Positions 50,453 to 63,860 of a DNA stretch of 64,000 bases are shown here, piece after piece. The notes beneath the pieces were generated by a model. The model had not been told where the DNA came from, made no database searches, and was given only the letters and a program-made list of their open reading frames with translations. This stretch comes from Priapulus caudatus (taxonomy: Eukaryota): positions 854,113 through 918,112 of the forward strand of contig NW_014577066.1 in assembly GCF_000485595.1 (NCBI RefSeq), written 5' to 3'. The translations under genes were made by a program, and so were the position numbers. Each line of letters begins with the position of its first letter. The first letter of the stretch is position 1.

Positions 50453-51802
50453 AGAGAGAGTAGAGAGAGAGAGAGAGAGAGACAGAACGGTTATATATAT
50501 TGGCAGTACGCGCGTTGCATAAGTATCAAGTCGTTGTGCCAGTCCGCGGTGGACATGCCCTTAACAAAATCCACTCGAGTCTTCGCGTGAAATGCTCACG
50601 TATCTATAGGTATGACCTTTGTGCTGTCTAAAAATGCTCATTATAGGTAAACGGCTTTCACTTTGTCATGCGACACGTATCAGGGGTATTCGTTACGAAT
50701 CAGTCACACACCATACGCAATGGAACAGTGACTTGATGTCGCGAAACGTCGGTGATTGCTTCACAGAACACGAATCTACATAGCGCCAGTGAGCACAGCC
50801 GTAGAATAACTTGCCGCAATAAAAATATACGAATACAGCATATAGGGGAAATAGCGCAAGAGATTTCATAATGTTAATTGTGTTGAACTATAACGCCCAT
50901 CAATCCAAGACTGTGGGAAATCTGTCTTCGATACTAAGTTCCCACTATAATATTATTTGTAATACTATGTTCCCATCAAATAGAAATTAGTTGATATTAA
51001 AAATTCATATTTGTACAAGCAGAAAAGAGCATGGGTGCCGCGCCGATTGTCAATAATCAATCGATACGAGAATTAATTCTCAAACAGTCATCAATAATTA
51101 CAAAATCTGCCAAGTAGCCATACATGCACGACACCTAGCTATGACCTGCTCATACAGTTGGAAGCATATCTAATATGCATGACTTACACGCACGACCGGT
51201 TTGCGTGGCATGTAATAATTAAAAACTAGCGAAAACTCCACCCGCACCATAAATCTATTGTGATGACAAGAATTAGGCGGCATCTAGGTCAGTGTTTGAC
51301 GGTTTCCCCGTGAGGGCATGCGGGGGTGTGGACGCGTACTGCGTAACACTGGTAACACGCGTAACTGCGGGGCTGGAATCACGGGCGTCGTTCTCACGAG
51401 ATTGCACACAAGACGCGGAGACACCGCGAGGTGCTACCAGCTATCTAGTGATATATCTATAGACTATAGATATATCTATCTATATATAGACTATATATAT
51501 ATCTATCTATAGACTTCTAAATAATCACAATTTACTCCTGATACGTTTATACACNNNNNNNNNNNNNNNNNNNNNNNNNTGGAGCCGAGCGCGTGTGTTT
51601 ACGGGGCGCGGGTTTGCAGCTCTGTACAGGTTCCTTGCTCTAGAAAGAGCGAGAGTCTGCTCTAGAATCCCGTGAGGCGAATGAGAATGGAAAGTTTATG
51701 TTGTGTAATTAAGGTCTAGGTGGGGAGAAGGGTGAGAAAGAGAGAGAGAGAGATAGAGACAGAGAGAGAGAAAGAGAGAGAGAGAAAGAAAGCAAGAAAG
51801 AA

Positions 51803-51852
<50 letters not shown>

Positions 51853-54800
51853 GGACGGTTATATATATAGCAGTACGGCGTTGCATAAGTATCAAGTCGT
51901 TGTGCCAGTCCGCGGTGGACATGCCCTTAATCAAATTCCACTCGACATCCGCGTGAAATGCTCACCTATCTATAGGTATGACCTTTGTGCTGTCTAATAA
52001 ATGCTCATTATAGGTAAACGGCTTTCACTTGGTCATCGGACACGTATCAGGGGTATTTCGTTTACGAAATCAGTCACACACATTACGCAATGGAACAGTG
52101 ACTTGATGTCGCGAAACGTCGGTGATTGATCACAGAACACGAATCTACATAGCCCAGTGAGCACAGCCGTAGAATAACTTGCCGCAATAAAAATATACGA
52201 ATACAGCATATAGGGGAAATAGCGCAAGAGATTTCATATATGTTAATTGTGTTGAACTATAACCCGCATCAATCCAAGACTGTGGGAAATCTGTCTTCGA
52301 TACTAAGTTCCCACTATAATATTATTTGTAATACTATGTTCCCTCAATAGAAATTAGTTGATATTAAAAAATACATATTTGTACAAGCAGAAAAGAGCAT
52401 GGGTGCCGCGCCGATTGTCAATAATCAATCGATACGAGAATTAATTTCTCAAACAGTCATCAATAATTACAAATCTGCCAAGTAGCCATACATGCACGAC
52501 ACCTAGCTATGACCTTGCTCATACAGTTGGAAGCATATCTAATATGCATGACTTACACGCACACCGGGTTGCGTCCATGTATAATTAAAAACTAGCGGAA
52601 ACTCCACCCGCACCATAAATCTATTGTGATGACAATAATTAGGCGGCATCTAGGTCAGTGTTTGACGGTTTCCCCGTGAGGGCATGCGGGGGTGTGGACG
52701 CGTACTGCGTAACACTGCGTAACACGCGTACTGCGGGCTGGAATCACGGGCGTCGTTCTCACGAGATTGCACACAAGACGCGGAGACACCGCGAGGTGCT
52801 ACCAGCTATCTAGTGATATATCTATAGACTATCGATCAGGAGTAAATAATCACAATTTACTCCTGATACTTTATACACTAAATAGAACATCGCGTGACCG
52901 TGCTACCAGCCGGTTGACCAGCATTCCGATGTACAGCCAGTAACGGCTAGCGCCCCTGGCGACGAAAATTCGCATCGCCCGTTAACTTTATAGCCTCATC
53001 CGGATCGCTGAGATAACATTTTCGGGAGTCAGCCGCATGTGACCAGATAACACTGATGCTGCGCTGTTATCACCGTAGTCATTCGAGGATCGAGGTCAGT
53101 ATTAAGCCAGAGAGACATGATACAAGATTGCGTGGCACAGCTTTGCTGTTGATCCTGAGCGCTGCGCGCGGATGAGACGCGCAGTTCCGCAGGATATGCG
53201 CACGCGACCGCGGGGATGTTCAATTATGAAGCGCTGTCCGCAGTGGAGACGTGCGCCAAATTCGAGGCCCGGCGCACGTCTCCACAGCAGTCAGCGGATG
53301 GTCTGTAGTTTTAGAAGATAACAATGAAGACTTTGTTCTAAATAAGAGCTTCCAATTGAAATAGCCCATGAATTGTGTTTTTCGGAACCCCAAAGAAAAT
53401 GTATCCCTCTTACATGCACCCCCTCCCTGATCAATCACGCATTCAGGCGTAAACAATAACAGAGATGAAATTATATTGAGTTTGTGGCTCTTGACGCACG
53501 TGCATTGACGAACAAGACTGTTGAAAGCTCAGACACTTGGAACGTCTCAATAAAAATAAATATTCACACAATTTTTCACAATGATCGACCGCCTGTGTGC
53601 AAAATAGGTAAACGTATGTGAAACATATACGGTTAGTACTAACTGTGACATATCCGTGACTAACTGACACCACTAAATTGGTAAAATGTTCCATGCACCT
53701 TAAGAAATGCTGAGAAATTACGAGGTTATCATCGCAGAACTCCCGAACACCGCACGTCACAAAGCTATATGTAAACAAACACGCGTGTTGTGAGGTGCCT
53801 GCCTCCGATATCCATTTCGAGGCCCGCTAAGCCAAGCATAAAGCGAGCGGGCAAGACGTCACACACACAGCTACGTTCATTGGCTAAAACAATCGAGTAG
53901 CGCGGTTAGGGATTTTCGCAATTATTTAATTTGAAGAAAACCCTCAATGTTCAATGAATGACGCACTCGTTCACTTCCGACAGCGAGTGAAAATGCCGAA
54001 AATTTTCCATTTCGATGCGAAATACATCGGCCGGGCATTTCATTATTTACGAAAAGTAAACAGGATGGCGAATAACAGTAGATACAGTAACTGGGCCCGT
54101 CGGTGACGCCCCATTCATGCCCATAAACGAAGAAGGCGGGGCTTATTCTGATTACGGAAATGCAAAAATGCAACAGAAGGACGTAGCGCAGTGCGCTAAA
54201 CAGCGTGTTATTTTCGTATTTATGCCAAACTCTATCGTAGGAAACCGTCCTAGCCTAGCAGAATGCCCTAGTTCCTGAAATCGGCAATTTGGTGGTCCAA
54301 TGGGTCCCCATCTTTAAAAATATAAAGGACTGGTGCGGCGTAGGCTGTGATTGGAAGACACAAAGTGTCAATCCTCGGCGCGCCTCGGCATTATGGCCGC
54401 ATGCCCATCACGTCTAGCATGCGATAAGATTGGCCGTCGGCGATGAGATCGGCTTACTGACGCATATTTCACCTTCAAAACGCGTTCATATCTATAGAGA
54501 GAAGCGGGTTGCGTTGTCGCGCGGGTTCTCACTCATCCATCACATCCTCCGAGGCAGCCAGTCACCACCCCCACGCGGCACCCCCGCGTGCGTTGCTGAG
54601 TGATTCATAGCTGTTGCACCTTCGTCTGCAGTAACCGATAAGAGTCTCTTCGTCGTTCACCCATCACCCTGAATGCAAGAGTCTCTATTCAGCGTCGATG
54701 AGATATGCTCTGACGGCATGGCCTCGCATAGGGTATCATATATATAGCGACTAAGCGAGATACAGGGCAAAAGCGAGAGTGAGCGATGAGGAAAGAACGA

Positions 54801-55154
54801 GCAAGACGGGGAAAAGCGCGAACGAGAGAGTGAGATTGAGTAAAATGCTAGAAAGCAGAAGAGCGAGACACAGAGAAAACGAGAGAGAGAGAGAGAGAGA
54901 GAGCGAAAGAAAGAGAGAGAGAGAGAGAGAGAGAAGAAGAAGAGAGAGAGAGNNNNNNNNNNNNNNNNNNNNNNNNNNNNNNNNNNNNNNNNNNNNNNNN
55001 NNNNNNNNNNNNNNNNNNNNNNNNNNNNNNNNNNNNNNNNNNNNNNNNNNNNNNNNNNNNNNNNNNNNNNNNNNNNNNNNNNNNNNNNNNNNNNNNNNNN
55101 NNNNNNNNNNNNNNNNNNNNNNNNNNNNNNNNNNNNNNNNGAAGGAGAGAGAGA

Positions 55155-55216
<62 letters not shown>

Positions 55217-55943
55217 GCTAACAGAACATGATTAGCCGTGTGCATTACGTCGACATCTCCGGCTAAGGCTCCGTAAATGCAATATTGCAATAAGCCGCGC
55301 CGCACGGTGAAAGCAACCGCCTACTCAGGGTATGTCATCCCACAAATCCTACGCGAATTGTGAGCGCGGTGTGCGCCTGATAAAACTATTAATGTGGAAA
55401 TTACGCGGTATTATATATATATACGTGGTATTGTATATATATATATATATGTATATGTATATATGTATATATATAATATATATATATATATATCAAGAGT
55501 ACATAATAGGATAATAGTCTCCTATTATGTAGGCTTACTCTTGATATATATATATATATCACGCGATGCCGCGTCTGAGCGAGCTGTACGTAGCTCTCTT
55601 CTAATCTAACAACCGGGTATAGCTATATGCGTCATCCATGCACCTCAGCAGGGCACCCTCTAGAAAATTGAATACGGCACGCATTGCGAGCGACGCGTGC
55701 TTCTTCTGTGCGCTGGCGAATGTCGTCGGTATGATTACTATTCGTCGCCGTTTGATAATATTTTAACCAGATTTAGGTTTTCATCCCTTTGGGCGATGCG
55801 AGCCGCAGTAATGTTACGCGCTAATTGCACTACATGGGCAAAACATTATTATTAGTAGTAATATTGTTTATATTAGGCCTACGTTGCATTATATTTTCTT
55901 GTTATTATTGTTGTATTCTTCTTCTTCTTAACATTATTATTAA

Positions 55944-55976
<33 letters not shown>

Positions 55977-56247
55977 CATCATCGGCATCATCATCGTCAT
56001 CGTCGTCGTCATCATCATCATCTCATCATCATCATCATTACCAGCAATCCTCAAATCAAATCATCATCAAAACAAATTTTTATTAACATGGTCTATTGCA
56101 TAGCGTTATATTTAGATATCTTGTCAGCTGCTAACCATGACAGCGCTAACCATGGCTAGTTAGCTTACTTACGGCAGGCATGCGCTCGTAGGCGTGCTGT
56201 GAAGTCTCGTCCATTTACTACAAGAAGATTGCCACTGCCCACTCTCA

Positions 56248-56293
<46 letters not shown>

Positions 56294-59200
56294 GTGCGTG
56301 CGTACATGCAAAAATAGCGTGATAAACTCGATTCAAATTTAGGATGTATTACATGTGTAATACATCTGTATTACAGGTGTATTGCACGTGTTTTACAGGT
56401 GTAATCAGAAGTCTATCAATAGACNNNNNNNNNNTGTGTGTGTGTGTTTGCATTGCATCATGTGTGTACGTGCGTGCATGCGTTTGTGTGTGAGAGAAAG
56501 CGTGCGTTCGTGCGCGTACGTGTGAATCTGTGCATGCAAACTCTAAGGTTTTTTGCGTATGCGTGCGTATGCGCCCGTGCGTGAGCTCTAACGAATGCGG
56601 CAATACATTTGAGAAACGTATTTCTTAGAATTTTGTTACAAAAACACCGTTCAGCCCCACACTGGAGACTGGCTCTAATTGGTCGGTGTACCGCTACTGG
56701 CCGGTAGCTATCATCAATTGATGACAAAAATGAGCGACTGATACGCTATTAGTGGGTGATACCGGTACATTCAATATCATTATCCCCATCACCCCCGCAA
56801 CGCGTGGGTTGCTGTGCGGAGTCGGCGATTGCATGACGCTGACATTTATGCGACATTTGATAGGGACAATTATACATATATGCTATGTTATAGTGGGTGG
56901 CGGTTCCGGTGGGCAATAAAAGATGAATCGCACGTGACGACGCCCCCGAGTATCATGTGTGTGAAAGCAACGCACATCAGCGTGCGCAAATGGCAGGAGA
57001 AATACTCTACTGTTTCATCCTAAAGCACATCCCCACAGTGCAAGCTTCGCTACCTACAGATTAAGCTTAAAATTTTGCCCTACAAGGTCAGTCCAATGCG
57101 CCAGTAGTACAGCTCAGTCCTACGGTTCAGTGCTATACATATTCAGTCATACAGTTCGGCCCGACAGTTCACAGCTGTGTAATTCAATCACACAGTGTTG
57201 TGTTCGTTTCTAGTTCAGCTCTGTAGTTTTCGCTTCTTGTTCAGCTCTACAGTTTGCTCAGTTACTCGAGAGCTGCTTTAAAAAACATCATCTGTGTCGC
57301 TGATACGGGGGAAAGTGAACGTATGCGAACACACAAGGTGGCGCGTCCGTCGCTATTGTTCTGCACGTCCTTTCACTGCAGCGAAGACAAAAGTGCGCAC
57401 AGAACGAGGCTGCTACTCGACTGATACCTTTCCGTGCACGTGCGCTGTTTACAATGAGCGCATTGTTTTCAACGACTACGTATACAAAATCGAAACAAAA
57501 CCGGCCACTATATGCGCAAAGGTGCCACTGCTGCTGCTGCTGCTGCTGCTACACGTCAACGGTAGATTAATATGCCGAAGAATTCGAGGTGACGGGGATT
57601 ATAACGGTACATGAACTAGAAAGACGGCATAAATAGACAACATATAACACGTCCACCTGCAGCCGGTACTATGCTGCGTTATGATTCTTCACCCCTTCAT
57701 CATACAGTTCCGCCGAGCCCAATTACTTTTCTCCGGGCGGCGGCTGCATGTATCATAGAAGAAGTGAGACGTCATTATCGCAGTATGGTTCCACGGCCAA
57801 AAATAACATTAAAGTCGTCACGGTGATCCATGAACAGCTACTTCGCTCGTCGATTCATTGGTAATCAAACACACTCGTAAGAGATTATTGTGATATAATA
57901 GGTCATAAAGGTATTAACATGAAAACTAGGATTTTGCAATTATATAGGATGAAACGAGGCAAATTGTCGTGGAAGATATTGTGCAGTCACGATAATTTAA
58001 AACGAGTCACGAACATTTAACGATATAAATGTTCGCATAACTGTTCGGCTTCAAATGATTTAACTGAAAATGTTACACAACATGAGTTTGGAATACTGCG
58101 GTACTGCGGAGAGCAGATTTAGAGTAAAGGCCTTTGACCTCGTTTAGACATCAGACAAATTAATTAAAAAATGGGTACGTACTTGCTGCACACATGTGGA
58201 ATAGTAACGTATCATTACAATAGGTTAATTTATATTACGAGCGCCTATGGTGTCTTCTGATAATACACCCAGGCAGCAGCTGTCATGGTGGTTAGGCGTG
58301 ACGCTTCTAGTATCCAGGGTGTGCGTTAATAGAGCAATACAAGAGGAAACAGCACGCAAACCGCGTGTCGCAGTTGCATTCGTGCGCCTTTGCCAGGCGT
58401 CGCGTGCGGTTTACGTGAATAGTTCGTCGAGTGGACCGAAGCACCGACTCGTTAGTTAGTGATTGCGCATAACCACGTATATCACCGAACAGCAGCGAGG
58501 CCCAATGCATCTTCAGTTGATTGCACCTTCTCAATCGGTTTGGAGGAGCGCGCCACCAAGCGGCGTACGCATTTGTCGTTATTTGCTAATTGGCCGCCGA
58601 CGACAACAAATTGGCATGTGAGTGCGTAAAGATGGACAGTTTTCGCAAAATGTCGCGAATATGGGTTGCGCGCTGGCATCACCATGTTTGTTTCACGCTG
58701 CGACCTATTGTATCGTTACGGCTTTCAAAGCGAAGCTTTTTTGCGCGATCTGCGTCATAGCTTACCACTCGCGCGTTATTATTACTACGTTATTATTTAA
58801 ATTTACGTTCTTTTTTAATCGCACTTCTATTAATTGATGTAACCATTACTATACTTATTGCACTGCTATTTCATATTCTGTTATGGTAGCATAATGTGAT
58901 GCTAATTCATGATATTGATAGCCTCACTGATCGTGTTACGGTTATGGTACGTTATGGTGCGGGTGCGGTACGCGTAAAGTGCGTTTCGTTATTTTCACCC
59001 TTGCAATCACAGGCACTTGAAGCATTTCAACTGTAAACACACGCCGCCGCCATTGCGCGCACACTGACACATAAATATATTATAAATATAAAAATATAAA
59101 ATAAATATACANNNNNNNNNNNNNNNNNNNNNNNNNNNNNNNNNNNNNNNNNNNNNNNNNNNNNNNNNNNNNNNNNNNNNNNNNNNNNNNNNNNNNNNNN

Positions 59201-59768
59201 NNNNNNNNNNNNNNNNNNNNNNNNNNNNNNNNNNNNNNNNNNNNNNNNNNNNNNNNNNNNNNNNNNNNNNNNNNNNNNNNNNNNNNNNNNNNNNNNNNNN
59301 NNNNNNNNNNNNNNNNNNNNNNNNNNNNNNNNNNNNNNNNNNNNNNNNNNNNNNNNNNNNNNNNNNNNNNNNNNNNNNNNNNNNNNNNNNNNNNNNNNNN
59401 NNNNNNNNNNNNNNNNNNNNNNNNNNNNNNNNNNNNNNNNNNNNNNNNNNNNNNNNNNNNNNNNNNNNNNNNNNNNNNNNNNNNNNNNNNNNNNNNNNNN
59501 NNNNNNNNNNNNNNNNNNNNNNNNNNNNNNNNNNNNNNNNNNNNNNNNNNNNNNNNNNNNNNNNNNNNNNNNNNNNNNNNNNNNNNNNNNNNNNNNNNNN
59601 NNNNNNNNNNNNNNNNNNNNNNNNNNNNNNNNNNNNNNNNNNNNNNNNNNNNNNNNNNNNNNNNNNNNNNNNNNNNNNNNNNNTTATTATTACTTACGTT
59701 ACGTACGTACGTACGTACGTACGTACGTACGTACGTACTACTATATATATATATATATATATATATAG

Positions 59769-59862
<94 letters not shown>

Positions 59863-60940
59863 ATGTCTTTGTGTGTGATATGAATATCACGCTCCTGGAT
59901 TAGGCCATCTATTTGTAGCCGCATCTGAAAGGGCAATGCGATATATGTCGCATTTATCCCTGTACTAGGATGAGGTGGAGCGGAGGATGCATGAGGTACC
60001 TCCGATATTCGCGCATATAGTCTGCACGTGGATTTTGGATAGAGCTCCGTCGCATTTTGTAACGATTCGTCGACTTTATGTCAAATGTTACGCGTTCTTA
60101 AAAACACTGCCTAGGGGGAGGAGGGGGGGGGGTGCTATTATTGATGCGGCTACTACTGCCTCTGCAACATCTACTGCTAGCATGATACAACTACTGCTGT
60201 TGACACAATTACTGCTACTGTAACAGCTATTGTCGTCGCTACTGCGAGTGCGTATTCTATACTACTCAGGGACTGCGTTTGCTACTGCTATATTATTATT
60301 CTCACTAACACTGAGTAATGGATGTTGCTGCTACCATCAGTATAATTCCCGATGACGTATGAGTAAAAGCAGTGTATAAAGAAGAAACAGTAATCCGTCA
60401 GGACTTGTGTATTTGCCGAAACGCCAACCTAAATCAACATACATGGATGCGTAAACGAAAATTGGGCACCATAGTTCTCTAGTTCTGCCTACATCGACAC
60501 TCGAGTTTCCACTCACTTTCTATTTCGCATACTATTACGAATCTTACACCATACGTACTGTAGTAGTATTACATACGCCGACAAATTAAAATCTACACAT
60601 CTCTTATCACCGAGTGATGAGATGTGTTCGAGTTGTCTGATGACAAACGCGCATCGATATGGATCGTAAATGGGACCATGGGTTTCTTGCCATCGAGCGC
60701 GCAAAAAGTTTCACTTTCGTGTTTAGTCCTGACAACGCATCGCTCGCTACTCACCAAGAATATGAAGTTGCTGAAGAACATGAAGTATTTGATGATGAGC
60801 GATACGTATGTTTTCTTCTTCGTCTCCTTCCTATCCATTATCTTCTTCTTGGAAGGATGCCGATGGTGCCGCTGCGAGGATGACTTCCCGTCGTCCCGCG
60901 CGCCATTCTCTTCCTGTTTCTCGACGTCCGGCTGTTTCAT
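34893..60940 (-). CDS. TSPAN33: Tetraspanin of the TspanC8 subfamily (TSPAN33-like), 7 coding exons, 308 aa
   Basis: Exons in transcript order, all phase 0: 60755-60940, 38263-38451, 37241-37423, 36455-36583, 35975-36022, 35301-35417, 34893-34967. Four hydrophobic segments are present, plus GCMGSLRENVCLL, YRDDEDLQDLID, FQCCG, NPYFNCS, KCGVPYSCC, NVMCG and IYTDGC (8 cysteines in the large loop) and a LLGIFLSLRLVTQIQDQRARW tail. The tetraspanin call is firm; TSPAN33 versus TSPAN5/14/17 rests on recalled similarity. Confidence 0.88.
36880..37240. repeat. About 32-bp minisatellite abutting the tetraspanin exon 3 donor
   Basis: About 11 copies of TAAATGCAACCTTRYCTCCTCTACCCTACAAG-like units. Confidence 0.9.
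39396..39670. repeat. (GA)n-rich tract
   Basis: Long purine/GA microsatellite in tetraspanin intron 1. Confidence 0.9.
41919..41956. mobile_element. 38-bp perfect palindrome (CARGAG family) with a 7-bp TSD
   Basis: ATGATAT|CAAGAGCGTATTAAGAAGG-CCTTCTTAATACGCTCTTG|ATGATAT; 19-bp arms with no loop. Confidence 0.8.
44849..45424. mobile_element. Mutator (MULE)-type MITE with a 9-bp TSD
   Basis: Exact GTCAGTGAG at 44840-44848 and 45425-45433. Long imperfect TIRs start GCTGAAGGGGTCGTTGTCGTATCAGGTACTACAGATATG and end CATATCTGTAGTACCTGATATGACAACGACCCCATCTGC. Confidence 0.85.
48478..48780. repeat. Compound (TA)n/(GT)n/(GA)n microsatellite
   Basis: Directly visible. Confidence 0.9.
49325..49520. repeat. 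(GT)n/(GTGCGT)n microsatellite
   Basis: Directly visible. Confidence 0.9.
50480..52878. repeat. About 1.05-kb near-identical direct duplication spanning an N gap
   Basis: 50481-51553 matches 51851-52878, differing mostly by 1-nt indels. Both copies are preceded by (GA)n tracts; the gap is at 51554-51579. Confidence 0.9.
52837..52865. mobile_element. 29-bp palindromic mini-element (CARGAG family)
   Basis: CAGGAGTAAAT-AATCACA-ATTTACTCCTG; no clear TSD. Confidence 0.5.
53530..53920. mobile_element. Degenerate fragment of the 21317-22150 foldback family
   Basis: CACTTGGAACGTCTCAATAAAAA at about 53534 matches the left end of the 21 kb element. Region 53800-53920 (AAGCCAAGCA...GACGTCACACACAC...GTTAGGGATTTTCG) matches its central spacer at 21615-21735. 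Confidence 0.65.
55494..55543. mobile_element. 50-bp palindromic mini-element (CARGAG family) within a (TA)n tract
   Basis: CAAGAGTACATAATAGGA...TCCTATTATGT(AGGCT)TACTCTTG; the right arm carries a small insertion. Confidence 0.6.
55932..56040. repeat. (ATT)n/(ATC)n trinucleotide tract
   Basis: Directly visible. Confidence 0.9.
59695..59860. repeat. Compound (ACGT)n/(TA)n/(GT)n microsatellite
   Basis: Directly visible next to the N gap at 59112-59683. Confidence 0.9.
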
Positions 60941-61254
60941 CGTCACTCTGTAATAAAGTGCAAGTAGCCGTTGGTTACGCACCGGCGTCATTGCGCAGCA
61001 GCAGCATCACGCCATGCAATCACCGGGGATATAACCGGAGCAGTTTCACCGCCAGAATCTCTTCGTGATGCTGAAACCCTGAAGTCTTACATCGGGAAGA
61101 GGAATGTCATTATGACTCGGCAGGCATGCGCGTGCTGACGTCACTGACTGCATCAGTCGTCGATGTGACCGCTGCCGCGCATGGCTGCCGCCAAATCTAG
61201 CTATGACGTAAGCGCGCAGCCGAGGATCCGGGAAGCGCTCGCTCACGAGAAAGC

Positions 61255-61650
61255 AGGAGAGCGAGGACGAGAGACTGCGAAAGAGAGAGAAGCCAAGGAT
61301 AGAAGACGAGAGACTGGGAGAGAGAAGCTAGAGATAGAGGACGAGTAACCGGGAGAGAGGAGCTAGAGATAGAGGACGAGTAACCGGGAGAGAGGAGCTA
61401 GAGATAGAGGACGAGAGACTGGGAGAGAGAAGCTAGAGATAGAGGACGAGCAACTGGGAGAGAGAGGAAAGCTAGAGGTATAGCACGAGAGACTGGAAGA
61501 CAAATAGATAAGCTAGAGATTGAGGATAAGACACTGTGAGCGGGTAAGAAGGTAGATATAGAGGATGAGACACTGGGAGAAAGTGAGAAGCTAGGGATAA
61601 AGGGCCTAAGACTGGGAGAGAGAGAGAAAGCTAGAGGTAGAGGACGAGAG

Positions 61651-61681
<31 letters not shown>

Positions 61682-61743
61682 AGCTAGAGATTGAGGACAA
61701 ATGACTGGAAGAGAGAAGTTAGAGACAGAGGATGAGACACTCT

Positions 61744-61808
<65 letters not shown>

Positions 61809-61818
61809 AGAAGAGAGA

Positions 61819-61893
<75 letters not shown>

Positions 61894-61915
61894 GTGTGTG
61901 TGTTTGTGTGAGAGA
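61255..61915. repeat. About 30-bp purine-rich minisatellite followed by (GA)n and (GT)n
   Basis: Repeated AGAGAGAAGCTAGAGATAGAGGACGAGAGACTGGG-like units. Confidence 0.85.
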
Positions 61916-62306
61916 GAGTAAGAAACAGCAGTAGAGGGATATATGGTAAAGGTGAAGTAGAGCGGAAGGAAGAAAGCGAGAAAGAAAGAAAGAGAGAAAA
62001 GCGGCGCGCGCTGAAGAGAGAAAGAGAGAACGAAAAGGCGTGCGCGCGAGAGTGACAACAGAGAGAGAGAGAGAAAGGGGGAGAGGGGAGAGAGAAGAGA
62101 GCGACAGAGAAAAGAGAGAGAGAGAGAGAGAGCGAGAGTGTACAGATAATAGGGCTAGATAGATTAGATAGAGAGAGAGAGAAGAGAGAGGAGAGATAGA
62201 GAGAGAGATGAGAGATAGATAGATAGTAGATATGATAGATAGATATGATAGTAGTTTTTAAGATATGATAGATAGCATAGATAGAATGACAGAGAGCAGA
62301 GAGAAA

Positions 62307-62337
<31 letters not shown>

Positions 62338-63433
62338 TGAGAGAGAGAGATACAGAAAGACAGGAGAAGGAAGGGCGAGATAGAGAGAGAGAGAGAGAGC
62401 AGAGAGAGATTTACGGAAGAGAAACATAGGTGAGGAGAGAGAGAGAGCGTCCACAGAGAGAGAGAGAGCAGAGAGAGGAGAGCAGTGAGGCAGGTAATAA
62501 GTCGTCATTCTGGCTTGCCAAAGTCGGTAATCACGGACGAGCCACGGCGCATAGTCATTGTGAGTGAGCTGGCCATCGTCGCGGAGCATTGCCACGAGAG
62601 TCGACTGCGACACCGAACAACTGTCGCAGTCGGAGTTAACGATACTCTTGCAAGCCATGACAGTCGACTACTGCCGTCTCGTACACGACACTCACACTCT
62701 CCCAGCGATCGCGACGCAGCGCACGCAGCGACGCACAGCGCATGCGTAGTCGATCAAGATCTCGGCTGCGCTTCTGTCTCCTACCATTATCGATGTCTCT
62801 CTCGTCCTGCTTTGAATGACGAAACGGATACTCTCAGTCATTTATATGCCATCTCGAGCCTCCTCGTAGCTGTGCGTACAATCTGCGCTTTACTTACTCC
62901 TCATCGTCGTAAGCGAGATACTCTCTCGTAATCATCCTGCCTTATGCTACTATTGTATTCTCTCGCAGACTGCTAGATTCTCGTCTCACACACTAGCATC
63001 TCTGTCATTCTAGTCTACTGCTGATCTCACTAAAACATCATATCGCTGAGAAGCTTATGCTGGGTCTATCTCAAACAACCGCCTCTGACTGTGACTAGTA
63101 TACTGAGATCTATCGTGCAGCGCGCACGGCTCTTACCTCGCACTTCTGCATCCCTCTTCTTCATCTCTCGGCTCCGATGATCACACAGACCGGATCACGC
63201 ACGGACAGGAGTCGATAAGCAATATAACAGCTGCAAATGCTGGCTCTCTTAATCATCTCCACCTCACCGTTTCCCTACTCGGTCTTTCAGCTAGCCTGTT
63301 CTGAGTGTTCATCGTCGCGCGAGTCGTCCGCCCGCACCAGCGACTGCGCTGTAGCTTCCATGTGATATCTCCCCAGTAGCGATCATAAACCCAACTCTAT
63401 AAGAATTCGCAGCTCCTCACAAGTGCCGGCCTC

Positions 63434-63726
63434 GTGTTCTCTCTTTTTCTCTTTAACTCCCTCTCTTCTCTCTCTTTTTTCCCTTCTACTCTTCTCTCTC
63501 CTCTTTCTATCTTCCTATCGCTGCGTTATCTTGTAATTATGTATTCTCTTTCTTACTTCGTTCTCTTTCTTTCTCTCTTCTTTTTATTTTCATTTTATTT
63601 TTTCTTTCTTAGAGTTCTTCTTGATCTTTTTTTTTTTTTTTTTTTATTGAGTTTTCTTATTTTTTTCTTTTTTTTTCTTCTTTTTCTTATTTTTTTTTTT
63701 TTATTTTTTTTTTTTTTCTTTCTTTT

Positions 63727-63757
<31 letters not shown>

Positions 63758-63860
63758 CTTTTTCTTTATATGTCTTTTATTCTATTTTTTTTTTTATTTT
63801 TTTTTTTTCTTTTTCTCTACTCTTATTTTTTTAATTTCTTTTTTTCTATATTCTAATCTC
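63434..63860. other. T-rich low-complexity, probably low-quality sequence
   Basis: Irregular poly-T/TC runs with no periodicity near the window end. Confidence 0.6.

Noticed and set aside
55825..56103. Hydrophobic Ile-rich ORF and the many HT/CV/RE/LS dipeptide ORFs across the window
   Set aside because: Translations of microsatellites.
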